From the NCBI GenBank assembly GCA_913064775.1, contig CAJYAD010000022.1, positions 532 to 64,531 of the forward strand: DNA of 64,000 nucleotides, in the 5' to 3' direction. A program made the translations under genes and the position numbers. This document shows positions 1 through 13,468 of this stretch, piece by piece; the first letter of the stretch is position 1, and each line of letters starts with the position of its first letter. The notes beneath the pieces are model-generated. The model was not told the DNA's origin, made no database searches, and saw only the letters and a program-made list of their open reading frames with translations. Source of the DNA: an uncultured Albidovulum sp. (GTDB lineage: Bacteria; Pseudomonadota; Alphaproteobacteria; Rhodobacterales; Rhodobacteraceae).

Positions 1-938
1 GACTCGCGCCGGCAAGATCACCGGAGGGCAGCCGTTCAGCCGCGGGGCACTCTTCTATCTGCTGCGCAACCGAACATATCTCGGGAAAATCCCGCACCAC
101 GATATATCGCATCCAGGACTGCATTCGGCGATCGTCGACCCCGCCCTCTTCGCGACCGTACAGGACCAGATGGACACCAACGCCCGGCGGCGCGGCGCAA
201 CCCGAAGCAAGGTTGCGCAATCACCACTCACGGGCCGCCTGTTCGATGTCGATGGCCAGCCAGCCGATGTCGCCGACCTTTGCGTATGGCAAGGGTGGCA
301 AGCTCTATCGCTATTATGTCTCGGCCGCGCTTCAGCAGGGTCGACGGCGTGCCTCCGGGGGCATCACCCCGCGCCGAATCTCAGCCGCCATGCTTGAGAA
401 CACCCTGACTGCGGCCCTGGTCCGGCTGTTGCCCGAGGGCGGGGGTCACCCCCTTTCCCCGATCACCCGGGCTGAGATCCACGATGATGCCATCGACATG
501 CTTCTTCCCGTCGGCCACCTGCGGCGCATTCGCGCCAGGCTCAGGACCGGCGAAACCGCGGATGTCGATCCGGAGGACAGAACGCTGCTGCGGCTGTCGC
601 TTCCCGTCCGTCTCAAAGAGCGCGGCTATCGCCCCGTGATCGTCGCGGGAACAGAGGAGCAGCACAGGCGCCCCGACCCCACGCTCGTGCGCGCGCTGCG
701 CAATGCCCATGCCATGCTGTCGGCGAACCGCTCCGGAAACCCGCAGCTGGCCGAGGCGCCCACCACCTCCTATCGCCGCCGGCTTATCCGGCTGGCCTTT
801 CTTGCCCCTGATCTGCAGCGTGCAATTCTGGAAGGGCGGCAGCCATTCGGGCTCACAATGGCCGCTCTGATGGAAGGTGAGTTCCCGCTGTCCTGGGCGA
901 CTCAGCGCAAGAAATTCGGGACGCCACACCCTGAGTGA
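1..938 (+). pseudogene. C-terminal part of a large serine recombinase (recombinase plus zinc-ribbon-like region), frameshifted; 5' end outside window
   Basis: Frame starting at nt 2 reads TRAGKITGGQPFSRGALFYLLRNRTYLGKI...SPLTGRLFDVDGQP. It continues in another frame as PMSPTFAYGKGGKLYRYYVS...IRLAFLAPDLQRAILEGRQP...W..QR, a C-terminal pattern typical of alphaproteobacterial island serine recombinases. The junction has a tandem CCAG duplication at 256-263; removing 4 nt fuses the two frames. Confidence 0.8.
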
Positions 939-1350
939 AGGCTTTTGGGGCGCCCACACAGGAACATCCGGCCACCCTGTTATGGCGCGAGCGTGCCCTG
1001 TTGCCGCGCTTACGCGCCCAGTTACAGGCCTTAAATGCTCCTGTTATCGAGATTAACAGGAAAGCGGGAATGCCTCTGGCAACCCAATGGTTTTACGCCA
1101 TATTTTTAGCGGCCGGACTTCAGATCACCTTATAATACCTGTTATTTGGCCTGAATCGAACAAAAATCCCTGATAGTCGCGAAACTCCCCCTGCCATCGG
1201 GCATGCAGAGACCGACGAGACGAAGCCGCCGAAAGAGCCGCAAACGGGCCGCGGAATATCGCTACTGAAACCGGAAACGCGCGAAAAGACCGCCCTGTTA
1301 CGGGCGTTTACACAGCGTGGGATATTCAGAGATGAATTGCTGGGGGTGGG
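1..1350. mobile_element. Right end of an integrative element inserted at the 3' end of tRNA-Ser(GGA)
   Basis: Recombinase remnant, then a visibly AT-richer non-coding stretch (about 940-1350) that abuts the tRNA CCA end. The other boundary lies outside the window. Confidence 0.65.
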
Positions 1351-1440
1351 TGGCGGAGCGACAGGGATTCGAACCCTGGAGACGGTCTCCCGCCTACACA
1401 CTTTCCAGGCGTGCGCCTTCGACCACTCGGCCACCGCTCC
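1351..1440 (-). tRNA. tRNA-Ser (anticodon GGA)
   Basis: Reverse complement GGAGCGGTGGCCGAGTGGTCGAAGGCGCACGCCTGGAAAGTGTGTAGGCGGGAGACCGTCTCCAGGGTTCGAATCCCTGTCGCTCCGCCA; 90 nt, long variable arm, anticodon loop CTGGAAA, CCA end. Confidence 0.97.
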
Positions 1441-1543
1441 GTCGGCGTTTCCTTACAATCCCAAAGCCCCTGACCGCAAGCGCAAACCGCACCGCCCGCA
1501 CAGCTTACCCAAGGATAGCGCGATGCGGCCCGGCAGATCCCGA

Positions 1544-3646
1544 TCAGATCTGCGTGCGTGTGCCCAGCTCTACCACCAGGTTGCGCGGCAGGTGGTAGAA
1601 TTCGCTCGGGTCCGCCGAGAACCGCCCCAGCCCGACATAGAGCCGATCCAGCCAGCGGCGCAGACCATGCCCCTCGCCCGCCACCAGCTTGCGCCGGCCC
1701 AGAAAGAAGGTCGAGGCCATCACGTCGAACTTCAGCCCCGCCCGCCGCGCATGGATCAGCGCAAGGCCAAGGTTGGGCGTCTCCATGAAGCCGAAATTCA
1801 GCGTGAGCCGCGCGAAATGCGCGTCGATCGGGTCATAGCTGACACGCTCATCCGGGCGCGCCACCGGCACGCGCAGGGTCTCGACCGTCAGGATCACGTT
1901 CTGGTCGTGCAGCACCCGGTTGTGGCGCAGGTTGTTCAGCAGGGTGGCGGGCACGGCGGTGGGATCTCCGGTCAGGAAGAAGGCGGTGCCGGGCACGCGG
2001 GCCGCGCCGCTTTCGTCGGCCGAGCCGATGAAGGCCTGCAGATCGACCCGCTCGGCCCGTTCGCGGGCGCGCAGGCGCTGGGTGCCGCGCCACCAGGCCG
2101 CCATCGCCACGCCCAGCACCACTGCCAGCGTCACCGGCACATAGCCGCCGTCAGGTAGCTTCAGCAGGTTCGCGGCAAGAAAGGCCAGCTCCAGCGCCGC
2201 CAGCGGCAGCGCCAGCACCGCGACCAGGCCAAGGCTTTTGTGCCAGCCCCGGCGTGCCAGCACCACCGCCAGCGCGGTGGTCACGATCATCGTTCCGGTC
2301 ACCGCGATGCCGTAGGCCGAGGCCAGCGCGTTCGACGACCGGAACGCCAGCACCAGCCAGATCACCCCCACGAACAACAGCCAGTTCAGCGCCGGGATAT
2401 AGATCTGCCCGCTGTGCCGCCCCGAGGTATGGCGGATCGACAGCCGCGGCAGAAAGCCAAGCTGGATCGCCGCGCGGGTCATCGAAAAGGCGCCCGAAAT
2501 CACCGCCTGTGCGGCGATCACCGTGGCGCAGGTGGCCAGCCCCACCAGAAGCGGCAGCGCCCAGCCCGGCACCATCAGGAAGAACGGGTTCTTCAGCGCC
2601 GCCGGATCGCCGATCACCAGCGCGGTTTGGCCCAAGTAATTCAACACCAAGGCCGGAAACACCAGCCCGTACCAGGCCAGCCGGATCGGTGCCTTGCCGA
2701 AATGGCCCAGATCGGCATAGAGCGCCTCGGCCCCGGTCACCGCCAGAAAGACCGCCCCCAGCACCAGAAAACTGCGCGGCCCCGACACGGACAGGAAGGC
2801 CAGCGCATGGCGCGGATCAAACGCGGCCAGAACCGAAGGGTCGGCCAGCACATGCTGCGCCCCGGTCACACCCAGCACCAGAAACCACAAGGCGGTGATC
2901 GGGCCGAAGGCGACGGAAATCGCCTCGGTCCCGCGGCTTTGCACGGCGAATAGCGCGACCAGAATGCCCAGCGTCACCGGCAGCACGAAATCCGACAGGC
3001 CGGGCGCGATCAGTTCCATCCCCTCGACCGCCGACAGCACCGAGATCGCCGGCGTGATGATCGCATCGCCGAAGAACAGCGCGGCCCCGGCGATCGCCAG
3101 CGCCAGCAGCGCCAGCACCCGGCGTCCGAAGGCCAGCCGCGCAAGGGTGTAGAGCGCCAGCACCCCACCCTCGCCCCGGTTGTCGGCGCGCAGCAGGAAG
3201 GTGACGTATTTCAGCGTCACGATGATCACCAGAACCCAGATCAGCAGCGAGCAGACCCCAAGCGCCGCCGAGGGCGCCAGCCCGTGCTGCGCAACCGGAC
3301 GCAGGGCCTGGCGCAGGGCATAGATCGGCGAGGTGCCAATATCGCCGTACACCACCCCGACCGCCCCCAGCGCCAGCGCCGCCAGACCGCCCTGCCCCGG
3401 GCCTCGGCGCTCTTCCGCGCCATGGCCAGCCTCGACCAATTGCGCCAGATCGGCGTCTGGGTCGGGCGCCAGATCAGGGGGCAGATCGGCGTCGGCGTCG
3501 GCGTCGGGGGCCAGATCGGGGGCGGTATCGGGCGCGGTATCGGATGCCGAGGTCTGATCGGTGTTCTGCCCGGCGCTCTGACCGGTGCCCCCCCCGGCCT
3601 CGGCCTCTGGACCGGAACCGCCCTCATCCCCGGGCGCGCGGCTCAT
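1544..3646 (-). CDS. kup: KUP/HAK/KT potassium transporter
   Basis: Motifs [12 protein letters not shown](I)[24 protein letters not shown] and GQIYIP; multiple TM helices; acidic N-terminal extension. Confidence 0.95.
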   Translation of the reverse strand: MSRAPGDEGGSGPEAEAGGGTGQSAGQNTDQTSASDTAPDTAPDLAPDADADADLPPDLAPDPDADLAQLVEAGHGAEERRGPGQGGLAALALGAVGVVYGDIGTSPIYALRQALRPVAQHGLAPSAALGVCSLLIWVLVIIVTLKYVTFLLRADNRGEGGVLALYTLARLAFGRRVLALLALAIAGAALFFGDAIITPAISVLSAVEGMELIAPGLSDFVLPVTLGILVALFAVQSRGTEAISVAFGPITALWFLVLGVTGAQHVLADPSVLAAFDPRHALAFLSVSGPRSFLVLGAVFLAVTGAEALYADLGHFGKAPIRLAWYGLVFPALVLNYLGQTALVIGDPAALKNPFFLMVPGWALPLLVGLATCATVIAAQAVISGAFSMTRAAIQLGFLPRLSIRHTSGRHSGQIYIPALNWLLFVGVIWLVLAFRSSNALASAYGIAVTGTMIVTTALAVVLARRGWHKSLGLVAVLALPLAALELAFLAANLLKLPDGGYVPVTLAVVLGVAMAAWWRGTQRLRARERAERVDLQAFIGSADESGAARVPGTAFFLTGDPTAVPATLLNNLRHNRVLHDQNVILTVETLRVPVARPDERVSYDPIDAHFARLTLNFGFMETPNLGLALIHARRAGLKFDVMASTFFLGRRKLVAGEGHGLRRWLDRLYVGLGRFSADPSEFYHLPRNLVVELGTRTQI

Positions 3647-4365
3647 TCGTCGAGGAAGATCGAGACACGCCGGTTCCGGCGCCCCTTCTTCTCGATCTTG
3701 CCAAGCGTGACCGCGCCGATTTCGCCGGTCCGCGCAACATGGGTGCCGCCACAGGGCTGCAGATCAACCTGATCGGCGCCGGACCCGATGCGGATCAGCC
3801 GGATCCGGCCCGCGCCGCGCGGCGGCGAGACCGACATCGTCTTCACCAGGCCCGGATTGGCGGCCAGCTCTTCCTCCGAGATCCATTCCACCCCGACCGG
3901 CAGATCGCGGTCGATCAGCGCGTTCAGCGCGGCCTCGACCTCGGCCGGGTCGCCGGGCGGCTCCGGCATGTCGAAATCCACCCGTCCCTTGTCGGCGCCG
4001 ATCTGGCCGCCGGTCACCGGCAGCGGGATCACCACCGACAGCAGATGCAGCGCGGTATGGATCCGCATGTGCCGATGGCGGCGGCGCCAGTCGAGATGCT
4101 GGGTGACGGGTGTTCCGACCTCGGGCAGGGTCGAAATCTCGGCTGGCACCAGCACGATCTGGCCCGCGTCGCCCTTCACCGCCGTGGCGATGGGCAGCCG
4201 GCCGCCGCCCCATTGCAGCCGCCCGCTGTCGCCCGGCTGGCCGCCGCCGGTCGGGTAGAAGACCGTGCGATCCAGCACCAGCCCGCCCTCGGGCGTATGC
4301 GCCACAACACTGGCCTCGGCCTCGGCCAGATAGGGATCGTCTCGAAACAGCATCTCGGTGCTCAT
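3643..4365 (-). CDS. alaX: Free-standing alanyl-tRNA editing protein (AlaX family)
   Basis: [16 protein letters not shown], zinc motifs HTALH and CGGTH. Start moved to ATG 4365, which overlaps the upstream stop (ATGA). Confidence 0.9.
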   Translation of the reverse strand: MSTEMLFRDDPYLAEAEASVVAHTPEGGLVLDRTVFYPTGGGQPGDSGRLQWGGGRLPIATAVKGDAGQIVLVPAEISTLPEVGTPVTQHLDWRRRHRHMRIHTALHLLSVVIPLPVTGGQIGADKGRVDFDMPEPPGDPAEVEAALNALIDRDLPVGVEWISEEELAANPGLVKTMSVSPPRGAGRIRLIRIGSGADQVDLQPCGGTHVARTGEIGAVTLGKIEKKGRRNRRVSIFLDE

Positions 4366-6908
4366 GACATGTCCTCTGCGTCGGGTTTGGCGGCGTCCGA
4401 CATATTCTCCTGGCCCTCGGTCGGCTTCTTGGCGCTGTCGGGATCGCCGGGCGCATGGACCTCGGCGGTGCGGTGCGCCCACAGGGTTTCGGGATTGCGC
4501 AGCCAGATGTCGCGCTGCGCGAAGGGGATCTCGATGCCTTCCTCGGCGAAGCGGCGGGCGATCTCGTGGTTCATGTCCGAGCGCACCTGCAGGATGAAGT
4601 TCACATCGCGCAGGATCACCCGGATCTCGAAGTTCAGGCTGTCGGCGCCGAAGTTCTGGAAGATCACCGCCGGGGCCGGGTTCACCGTGACCAGCGGTTG
4701 GGCCTGGGCGATCTCCAACAGGATCTTCTCGACGCGGCGGGTGTCAGAGCCATAAGCCACCCCCACCGGCAGGATCAGCCGGCCGTTCAGGTTGTACCGC
4801 GTCCAGTTGGTCACCACCCCGGTGATCAGGTCCGAGTTGGGCACGATCACATCGGTGCGGTCGAAGGTCTGGATCCGGGTCGAGCGCACCGAGATCGAGC
4901 GCACCGTGCCCATCGTGGTGCCGACCTCGATCCAGTCGCCCTCGCTGACCGGTCGCTCGATCAGCAGAATGATGCCAGAGACGAAGTTCGACACGATGTT
5001 CTGCAAGCCAAAGCCGATGCCGACCGACAGCGCCCCCGCGACGATCGCAAGGCTGGACAGATCGATCCCCGCCGAGGTAATCGCAACCACCCCGGCCAGG
5101 AAGATGCCCAGATAGCCGATCCCCGAGACCACGGCATTCTGGCCGCCCTGATCAAGCCGGGTCTTGGGCAGCACCGAAGAGCGCAACGCCCCCTGCACCA
5201 GCCGCGTCGCCATGTAGCACAGCGTGAAGATCACCGCGAAGATGATGAAATTCGACGGTGAGATCTTTGTCGATCCGATCGAGAAACCGGCCTGGGCACG
5301 GGTCCACATCTCGGCCAGATCCGACAGCCGCGCGCCCCAGATCAGCGCGAAGATCGGCAGCGACAGGATCACCAGCGCAAAGCCGATCAGCACCGGGATA
5401 AGCGCATCCGCGCCGCGTTCGTCCCCCGGCGCGATCATCGAATAGATATCGCCCACCAGCCCCTGCAGGATGATCAGCAGCGCCAGCAGCGCCAGCGACA
5501 CCGCCGCCGGGTAAAGCACCGCCGTCGCCGCCGGCACATAGCCGATCACCGCGAAGACCGGCGCGGCGGCGCCCAGCACCATGATCATCCGCCCGACCAG
5601 CCCGGTGACCCAGTCGCGATAGCTCTTGTCGTCCTCGCTGGCCTCGGCATTGGCGGCATGGCGGCGCAAAAGCTGGCCCAGCCGCACCAGCACCAGCCCG
5701 GTCAGCACCAGCAGCGGAAAGGCCAGCACCGCGTTGGCGGCATTGGCATCGGCCCCCGTCGGCGGCACCAGCACCAGCTTGCGCATGGTGTTCAGCCCCA
5801 GCAGCAGCCCCAGCGCCCAGACATGCACCCGCCCCTCGGCCCGGCGCTCGGGCACCAGGCGGAACGGCGGATCGGTCACGTCGCCCTTGGGAAAGATCCG
5901 TCCCCCCAGCCAGAGCGAGACGAACACCATGAAGCCCGCGACCAGCAGCGCCGACAGCAGCGCGCCGCCCACCGCGCCGACCATGCCGGTGGCGCGCACC
6001 GCCTCGGACAGCGCGACAAGGCCGATCATCGGCACCGCCACCACCCCCAGCGACAGCGCCAGCGCCCCGATCCGCCGCCCCCGCGCCGAGGCATTGCCCT
6101 GAAGGCGCTGGGTGATCTGCTCGAACCAGCGCCGCCCGCGGCTAAGCATCAACACCGCGAAGATCAGATAGCCGATGATCACCGGCAGGTTCGATCGCAT
6201 CTGCTCGCGCAGGCTGTTGCTGGCCCAGGCGTCCGACACCTCCAGCCATAGCTGCCCCAGCGTGTGGGAGACCGTGGTATAGGCCGCGGGCCAGTTCGAC
6301 GGGTTCGCCGGCGACGGCCACAGCTGCATCAGCGCGGCGGCCTGACGGTCGCGGATGATGCCGTCGATCTCGCGGATCAAGCCGTCGGCGCGGGCATAGG
6401 CCTGCTCGGCCTGCTGGCCCGGCGCCTTCAGCTCGGCCAGCTGAGCGTTCAGCTGGGCGCGCTTCTTGGCGACATCGGGGGCCTCGGTCTCGCCCTTCTT
6501 GGGCGCAGGCCCCAGCGCGTCGATCTGGGTCTGAAGCGTCTCGATCCGGGTCTTGTTGGTCGATTGCGCGGCCTGAAAGGCGCTGCGCCACACGACCAGC
6601 CGGGCGCGCAGCTGCTCTAGCGTCACATTGGTCGCGCGCGGGTAGTTGATCGTCGTCTCGGCCTCTTTCGCGACCTGTTCCCAGGTTTTGAAATCGGGGG
6701 CCTTCTGGGTCTTCTGCGCCGTGGTCGGGGCTTTTGAGCCGCCCTGCGTCTGGCCCGGCGCCAGCTGCGCCGGTGCCGCTGCCGTCTGCGCGGCCACGGG
6801 GGTCGCGACCTGCCCGAGGCTGGCAAGCATCAATCCCAGCAGCAGACCCAGCGCCGGCACCCGGCCAGCAGCCGGGACGCGCCACCCGCCGAGAGCCCGC
6901 CGCATCAT
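4362..6908 (-). CDS. Large MscS-family mechanosensitive channel with periplasmic coiled-coil N-terminus (DUF3772 type)
   Basis: Signal-peptide-like start, long helical region, many TM segments, and MscS core [37 protein letters not shown]...VGVAYGSD. Exact start uncertain. Confidence 0.9.
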   Translation of the reverse strand: MMRRALGGWRVPAAGRVPALGLLLGLMLASLGQVATPVAAQTAAAPAQLAPGQTQGGSKAPTTAQKTQKAPDFKTWEQVAKEAETTINYPRATNVTLEQLRARLVVWRSAFQAAQSTNKTRIETLQTQIDALGPAPKKGETEAPDVAKKRAQLNAQLAELKAPGQQAEQAYARADGLIREIDGIIRDRQAAALMQLWPSPANPSNWPAAYTTVSHTLGQLWLEVSDAWASNSLREQMRSNLPVIIGYLIFAVLMLSRGRRWFEQITQRLQGNASARGRRIGALALSLGVVAVPMIGLVALSEAVRATGMVGAVGGALLSALLVAGFMVFVSLWLGGRIFPKGDVTDPPFRLVPERRAEGRVHVWALGLLLGLNTMRKLVLVPPTGADANAANAVLAFPLLVLTGLVLVRLGQLLRRHAANAEASEDDKSYRDWVTGLVGRMIMVLGAAAPVFAVIGYVPAATAVLYPAAVSLALLALLIILQGLVGDIYSMIAPGDERGADALIPVLIGFALVILSLPIFALIWGARLSDLAEMWTRAQAGFSIGSTKISPSNFIIFAVIFTLCYMATRLVQGALRSSVLPKTRLDQGGQNAVVSGIGYLGIFLAGVVAITSAGIDLSSLAIVAGALSVGIGFGLQNIVSNFVSGIILLIERPVSEGDWIEVGTTMGTVRSISVRSTRIQTFDRTDVIVPNSDLITGVVTNWTRYNLNGRLILPVGVAYGSDTRRVEKILLEIAQAQPLVTVNPAPAVIFQNFGADSLNFEIRVILRDVNFILQVRSDMNHEIARRFAEEGIEIPFAQRDIWLRNPETLWAHRTAEVHAPGDPDSAKKPTEGQENMSDAAKPDAEDMS

Positions 6909-7936
6909 CCCTCAAAGACCTGCGGCAGACCGGCCGGCGCGCGCGCCATCCAGGCCGGCACTGGCAGGCCCTTCTCGCGCAGGAAGGCGGGGTTGAACAG
7001 CTTCGACTGATAGCGGGTGCCGTAATCGCACAGCACCGTCACGATGGTGTGGCCCGGCCCCATTTCCTCGGCCATGCGGATCGCGCCGGCCACGTTGATG
7101 CCGGAAGACCCGCCCAGGCACAGCCCCTCGTCGGCCAGCAGATCGAAGACCACCGGCAGCGCCTCGGCATCGGGGATGTTATAGGCCATGTCGGGGGTAA
7201 AGCCCTCGAGGTTCGCGGTGATCCGCCCCTGCCCGATGCCCTCGGTGATCGAATTGCCCTCGGATTTGAACGCGCCGGTCGTGTAGAAGCTGTAAAGCGC
7301 GGCGCCGTCGGGATCGGCAAGGCCCACCTTCACGCCCTTGGGCTGCAGCGCCATCGCGGTGCCCACCAGCGTCCCGCCCGAGCCCACGGCGCAGATGAAG
7401 CCGTCGACCTTGCCACCGGTCTGCTCCCAGATCTCCGGCCCCGTCGTCTCGAGATGGGCCTGACGGTTGGCCACATTGTCGAACTGGTTGGCCCAGATCG
7501 CGCCCTTCGCCTCGGTCTTCGCCAGTTCCGCCGCCAGCCGGCCGGAGTATTTCACATAATTGTTGGGGTCGCGGTAGGGCTTCGCCGGCACCTCGACCAG
7601 CTCCGCCCCGGCAAGGCGCAGCATGTCCTTCTTTTCCTGGCTTTGCGTCTCGGGGATCACGATCACCGTGCGAAACCCCATCGAGGCGCCGACCAGCGCC
7701 AGCCCGATCCCGGTATTGCCCGCCGTGCCCTCGACGATGGTGCCGCCGGGCGCCAGCTCGCCGCGCGCCACCGCGTCGCGGATGATGTAAAGCGCGGCGC
7801 GGTCCTTGACCGACTGGCCGGGGTTCATGAACTCGGCCTTGCCCAGAATGGTGCAGCCGGTGCGCTCGGACGCGGCGCGCAGCTTGATGAGGGGGGTGTT
7901 GCCGATCGTCTCGGCCAGGTCGTTACAGATGCGCAT
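6905..7936 (-). CDS. cysK: Cysteine synthase (O-acetylserine sulfhydrylase, PLP-dependent)
   Basis: [12 protein letters not shown] lysine in [21 protein letters not shown]. Confidence 0.9.
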   Translation of the reverse strand: MRICNDLAETIGNTPLIKLRAASERTGCTILGKAEFMNPGQSVKDRAALYIIRDAVARGELAPGGTIVEGTAGNTGIGLALVGASMGFRTVIVIPETQSQEKKDMLRLAGAELVEVPAKPYRDPNNYVKYSGRLAAELAKTEAKGAIWANQFDNVANRQAHLETTGPEIWEQTGGKVDGFICAVGSGGTLVGTAMALQPKGVKVGLADPDGAALYSFYTTGAFKSEGNSITEGIGQGRITANLEGFTPDMAYNIPDAEALPVVFDLLADEGLCLGGSSGINVAGAIRMAEEMGPGHTIVTVLCDYGTRYQSKLFNPAFLREKGLPVPAWMARAPAGLPQVFEG

Positions 7937-8028
7937 GCGGGCCTCCTGTTCTCGCTTTCCTTGATAGGGGCGCGAACTGCCGGGCGCAACTGCGCTCGCC
8001 GCCCCGACAGGCGCTCCGTAACGGACAA

Positions 8029-8048
8029 GGGCGGCCCGAAAGCCGCCC
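8029..8048. terminator. GC-rich hairpin, possible terminator downstream of the cyclophilin pair
   Basis: GGGCGGC-CCGAAA-GCCGCCC stem-loop; the U-tract on the minus strand is weak. Confidence 0.4.
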
Positions 8049-8049
8049 C

Positions 8050-8113
8050 CTTCTTTCTGGTGGAAATATCCCGGGGGGGGCCCGGACCTGTCCGGGGCGG
8101 GGGCAGAGCCCCC
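8050..8113 (-). repeat. REP-like element, long family, copy A
   Basis: Reverse complement GGGGCTCTGCCCC-CGCCCCGGACAGGTCCGGG-CCCCCCCCGG-GATATTTCCACCAGAAAGAAG; same architecture as the copies at 12520, 16510, 20176, 24574, 37564 and 45732. Confidence 0.8.
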
Positions 8114-8727
8114 TATTTCTCGACCGTCACCTTGGCCATGTAATCGGGATCGGTCACTTTCCCGTTCATCGCCGCATTGCCCTTCTTGATCTTGTCGACC
8201 ACATCCATCCCCGAGATCACCTTGCCGACCACGGTATATTGACCGTTCAGGTTGGAGGCCGGGGCAAACATGATGAAGAACTGGCTGTTGGCCGAGTTCG
8301 GATTCTGCGACCGCGCCATGCCGACGATACCGCGGGTAAAGGGCACGTCCGAGAATTCCGCCTGCAGGTCGGGCAGCTTCGATCCACCAATCCCCGCGCG
8401 GCTGAGATCGCCGCCGTGCTTGCCATATTCCACGTCGCCCGTCTGCGCCATGAAACCGCCGATCACCCGGTGGAAGACGACGCCGTCATAGGCGCCCTCA
8501 CCCGCCAGGGTTTCCAGCCGCTTGGCGGCCTTCGGCGCCACCTTCGGCATCAGCTGGATCACCACCTTGCCCTTCGGCGCGCCGCTGGCGCTGTCGACCT
8601 GGATCACCAGCTTCGGCGCGGTTTCGGCCCGGGCCGCCATCGGCAGCACAAACCCGCCCAGACCAAGCGCCCCGGCCAGCGCCAGCGCGCTGACGGCGCG
8701 GCGCGTGAAGATCCCGTGCTCAGACAT
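8113..8727 (-). CDS. Cyclophilin-type peptidyl-prolyl cis-trans isomerase, probably exported
   Basis: FHRVIGGFMAQTGD and NSANSQFFIM motifs; N-terminal TRR plus hydrophobic signal ending ARA. Confidence 0.92.
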   Translation of the reverse strand: MSEHGIFTRRAVSALALAGALGLGGFVLPMAARAETAPKLVIQVDSASGAPKGKVVIQLMPKVAPKAAKRLETLAGEGAYDGVVFHRVIGGFMAQTGDVEYGKHGGDLSRAGIGGSKLPDLQAEFSDVPFTRGIVGMARSQNPNSANSQFFIMFAPASNLNGQYTVVGKVISGMDVVDKIKKGNAAMNGKVTDPDYMAKVTVEK

Positions 8728-9226
8728 CGGCGGCCACCTTGACGCTGATCATCCGGTCCGGGCTTGCCGGCGGCTCGCCGCGCAGGATCTTGTCGACATG
8801 TTCCATGCCGTCGATCACCCGGCCGTAGACGGTGTACTGGCCGTTGAGGAAATGGTTGTCACTGAAGTTGAAGAAGAACTGGCTGTTGGCCGAGTTCGGG
8901 TTCTGCGACCGGGCGGCGCCCAGGGTGCCGCGGTCATGCGGGATGCGGCTGAATTCCGCCGGCAGATCAGGCAGGTCCGAGCCGCCGGTGCCGGCGCGGC
9001 GCAGGTTGAAATCCTTCTCGGCATTGCCGTTGGCCACATCGCCCGTCTGGGCCATGAAACCGTCGATCACCCGGTGGAAGACGACGTTGTCATAGGCGCC
9101 GGCGCGGGCCAGCTCCTTCATCCGGGCACTGTGCTGCGGCGCGATGTCGGCCAGCAGTTCGATCACCACCTGGCCGTCCTTCAGCTCCATGATGATGGTG
9201 TTCTCGGGGTCCTTGATCTCTGCCAT
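8720..9226 (-). CDS. Cyclophilin-type peptidyl-prolyl cis-trans isomerase, cytoplasmic
   Basis: FHRVIDGFMAQTGD, SANSQFF, YTVYGRVIDGM. Confidence 0.93.
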   Translation of the reverse strand: MAEIKDPENTIIMELKDGQVVIELLADIAPQHSARMKELARAGAYDNVVFHRVIDGFMAQTGDVANGNAEKDFNLRRAGTGGSDLPDLPAEFSRIPHDRGTLGAARSQNPNSANSQFFFNFSDNHFLNGQYTVYGRVIDGMEHVDKILRGEPPASPDRMISVKVAADV

Positions 9227-9415
9227 GTGGCGCTCCTCATTCTGGCGTCGGTCCTGGTTGGGGGTACCCTATCCAGCCTGAACGGCGAGCGAAAGGGGGC
9301 ACGGCGCGGGCACGGCGGAAGGCCTGCACCAAGCCCTCCGCCGCCCCCGATCACATCGCGCGCCCCGCAACCGGAACACCCGCCAGCAGATCGGGCGCGT
9401 CACCTGTCCGCCGGA

Positions 9416-9664
9416 TCAGGAGATCGCGCCGAAGGCCGCCTCCAGCCCTGCCTTCTGATCGGCGAAGGTGCCGTAAGTGGCCGCGCCGTCGATCACGGTG
9501 ATCGGCGCGACCCGCACGCCGTAGCGCGATTTGGCCTCTTCGGGCACGCCGGGCTGCGACAGGTCGCGCTCTTCAAAGGCGACCCCGCGCGCGGTCAGAA
9601 AGCGCTTCACCGCCGCGCAGTCGGGACAGCCCGGGCTGGTGTAGAGGATCACCTCGGTCATCAC
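9416..9664 (-). CDS. Glutaredoxin/NrdH-like protein
   Basis: LYTSPGCPDC CxxC motif and cis-Pro motif VAPIT; start overlaps the copZ stop. Confidence 0.85.
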   Translation of the reverse strand: MMTEVILYTSPGCPDCAAVKRFLTARGVAFEERDLSQPGVPEEAKSRYGVRVAPITVIDGAATYGTFADQKAGLEAAFGAIS

Positions 9665-9864
9665 GCGACCTCGGCCTCATAGCCCTCTTCCTGCACCGCC
9701 GCGATCAGCGCCGCCGGATCGGCCGCGCCGGTCACCACGGCAGCGCCCGGCTCCAGCGTCACCGCGACGCTCTCGACTCCGGCGACGCCTTCAAGCGCCT
9801 TGGTCGCCGCACGCTGGCAATGGCCGCAGGTCATGCCGGTGATCTTCAGTTTCGTCTCGCTCAT
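9661..9864 (-). CDS. copZ: Heavy-metal-associated (HMA) copper chaperone
   Basis: 67 aa with GMTCGHC motif; directly downstream of copA. Confidence 0.9.
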   Translation of the reverse strand: MSETKLKITGMTCGHCQRAATKALEGVAGVESVAVTLEPGAAVVTGAADPAALIAAVQEEGYEAEVA

Positions 9865-9912
9865 GGTCTTTCTCCTGTCAGGGGTTTCGGGATTGGTCGG
9901 GCCGACGCGGCA

Positions 9913-12408
<2,496 letters not shown>

Positions 12409-12464
12409 GGCGATGTCTCCAACTTTGCGGCGTGGGGAGGCGTGTCCCTGGCCATTGAAGACTG

Positions 12465-12495
12465 CAGATAGGGCTTCCTGTAACTGGAAGCTCAA
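12465..12495 (-). promoter_or_regulatory. CueR/MerR-type promoter and operator of the copA operon
   Basis: Minus strand TTGAGC-N19-TATCTG. The 19-bp spacer holds the dyad GCTTCC-N7-GGAAGC (12473-12491), matching the established CueR box (CCTTCC-N7-GGAAGG) and long-spacer geometry. Confidence 0.85.
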
Positions 12496-12519
12496 GGGGC
12501 AAGTGGGATTATTTTTCGC

Positions 12520-12567
12520 GGGGGCGCTGCCCCCTGCACCCCCGAGATATTTTCGCCAGAAAGAAAG
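12520..12567 (+). repeat. REP-like element, long family, copy B (no central payload)
   Basis: GGGGGCGCTGCCCCC-TGCACCCCCG-AGATATTTTCGCCAGAAAGAAAG. Confidence 0.8.
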
Positions 12568-12668
12568 CGATGAGTGCGGGGGGGGCAACGGGAGTCTTTT
12601 GAGACGCGATGGGCGGCTGCCGAAGCTACCGCCCATCTGCAATCTTGCGCCTTTTGGCGGCGTCGGGC

Positions 12669-13457
12669 CTAGGACGCGGCACTCACCGCGCGGCCGGTCA
12701 GCACCTTGACCAGACGCGCACGGTAGGCGCCCGAGCCGTGCAGATCCTCGATCATCCCGTCGGGATCGACCGACAGACCGGCGATCGCAGTGGCCGAGAA
12801 ATTGGCCGAGAGGGCTGCTTCGGCCTCGGTCCAGCGGAACACGCCGTCGCCCGAGGCGCCGGTTACCGCGACCCGCACGCCATCGGCGTATTTCGCCACG
12901 AACACCCCGGTGAGGGCGAAGCGCGAGGCCGGCTGCTCGAACTTCTGGTAATTCGCGGCCTGAGGGATCGGGAAGCGGACTTCGGTGATCAGTTCGCCCT
13001 CTTCCAGCGCGGTTTCGAACATGCCCTGGAAGAAGTCGTCGGCCGAGATTTCGCGCCCGTTGGTCACGATGGTCGCGCCGCAGGCCAGCACGGCCGACGG
13101 ATAGCAGGCCGAGGGGTCGTTGTTGGCGATGCTGCCGCCCGCCGTCCCCTTGTTGCGCACCGCTGGGTCGCCGATGTTGCCCGCCAGCCTGGCCAGCGCC
13201 GGGAAGCTTTTCGCGGCCTCGCGCGCCACCACCGCATGCGGGGTGCCGCCGCCGATGCGCAGCGTCCCGCCTTCGGCCTTGACGAACTTCAGCGCGTCGA
13301 TGCCTGCCAGGCTGACCAGTTTCGCCGGTGCCGCCAGCCGCTGCTTCAGCGTCGGGATCAGGGTCTGGCCACCGCCAAGCGCCAGCGAGTCTTCGGCCTT
13401 CAGCGCCGCGACTGCCGCTTCTACCGTCGAGGGCCGTTCGAATTCGAAATTGTACAT
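12669..13457 (-). CDS. coxM: FAD-binding (medium) subunit, xanthine dehydrogenase/CO dehydrogenase family
   Basis: [24 protein letters not shown]; adjacent to the L and S subunits. Confidence 0.9.
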   Translation of the reverse strand: MYNFEFERPSTVEAAVAALKAEDSLALGGGQTLIPTLKQRLAAPAKLVSLAGIDALKFVKAEGGTLRIGGGTPHAVVAREAAKSFPALARLAGNIGDPAVRNKGTAGGSIANNDPSACYPSAVLACGATIVTNGREISADDFFQGMFETALEEGELITEVRFPIPQAANYQKFEQPASRFALTGVFVAKYADGVRVAVTGASGDGVFRWTEAEAALSANFSATAIAGLSVDPDGMIEDLHGSGAYRARLVKVLTGRAVSAAS

Positions 13458-13468
13458 AGCGCCTCTCC

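Noticed and set aside
935-1135. 66-aa ORF after the recombinase
   Set aside because: Atypical codon usage, GTG start overlapping the stop, no RBS or motif; treated as non-coding element end.
1120-1434. ORFs overlapping tRNA-Ser, and similar ones at 39521-39756 and 52145-52504
   Set aside because: They are translations of tRNA sequence ([17 protein letters not shown]), a known artefact.
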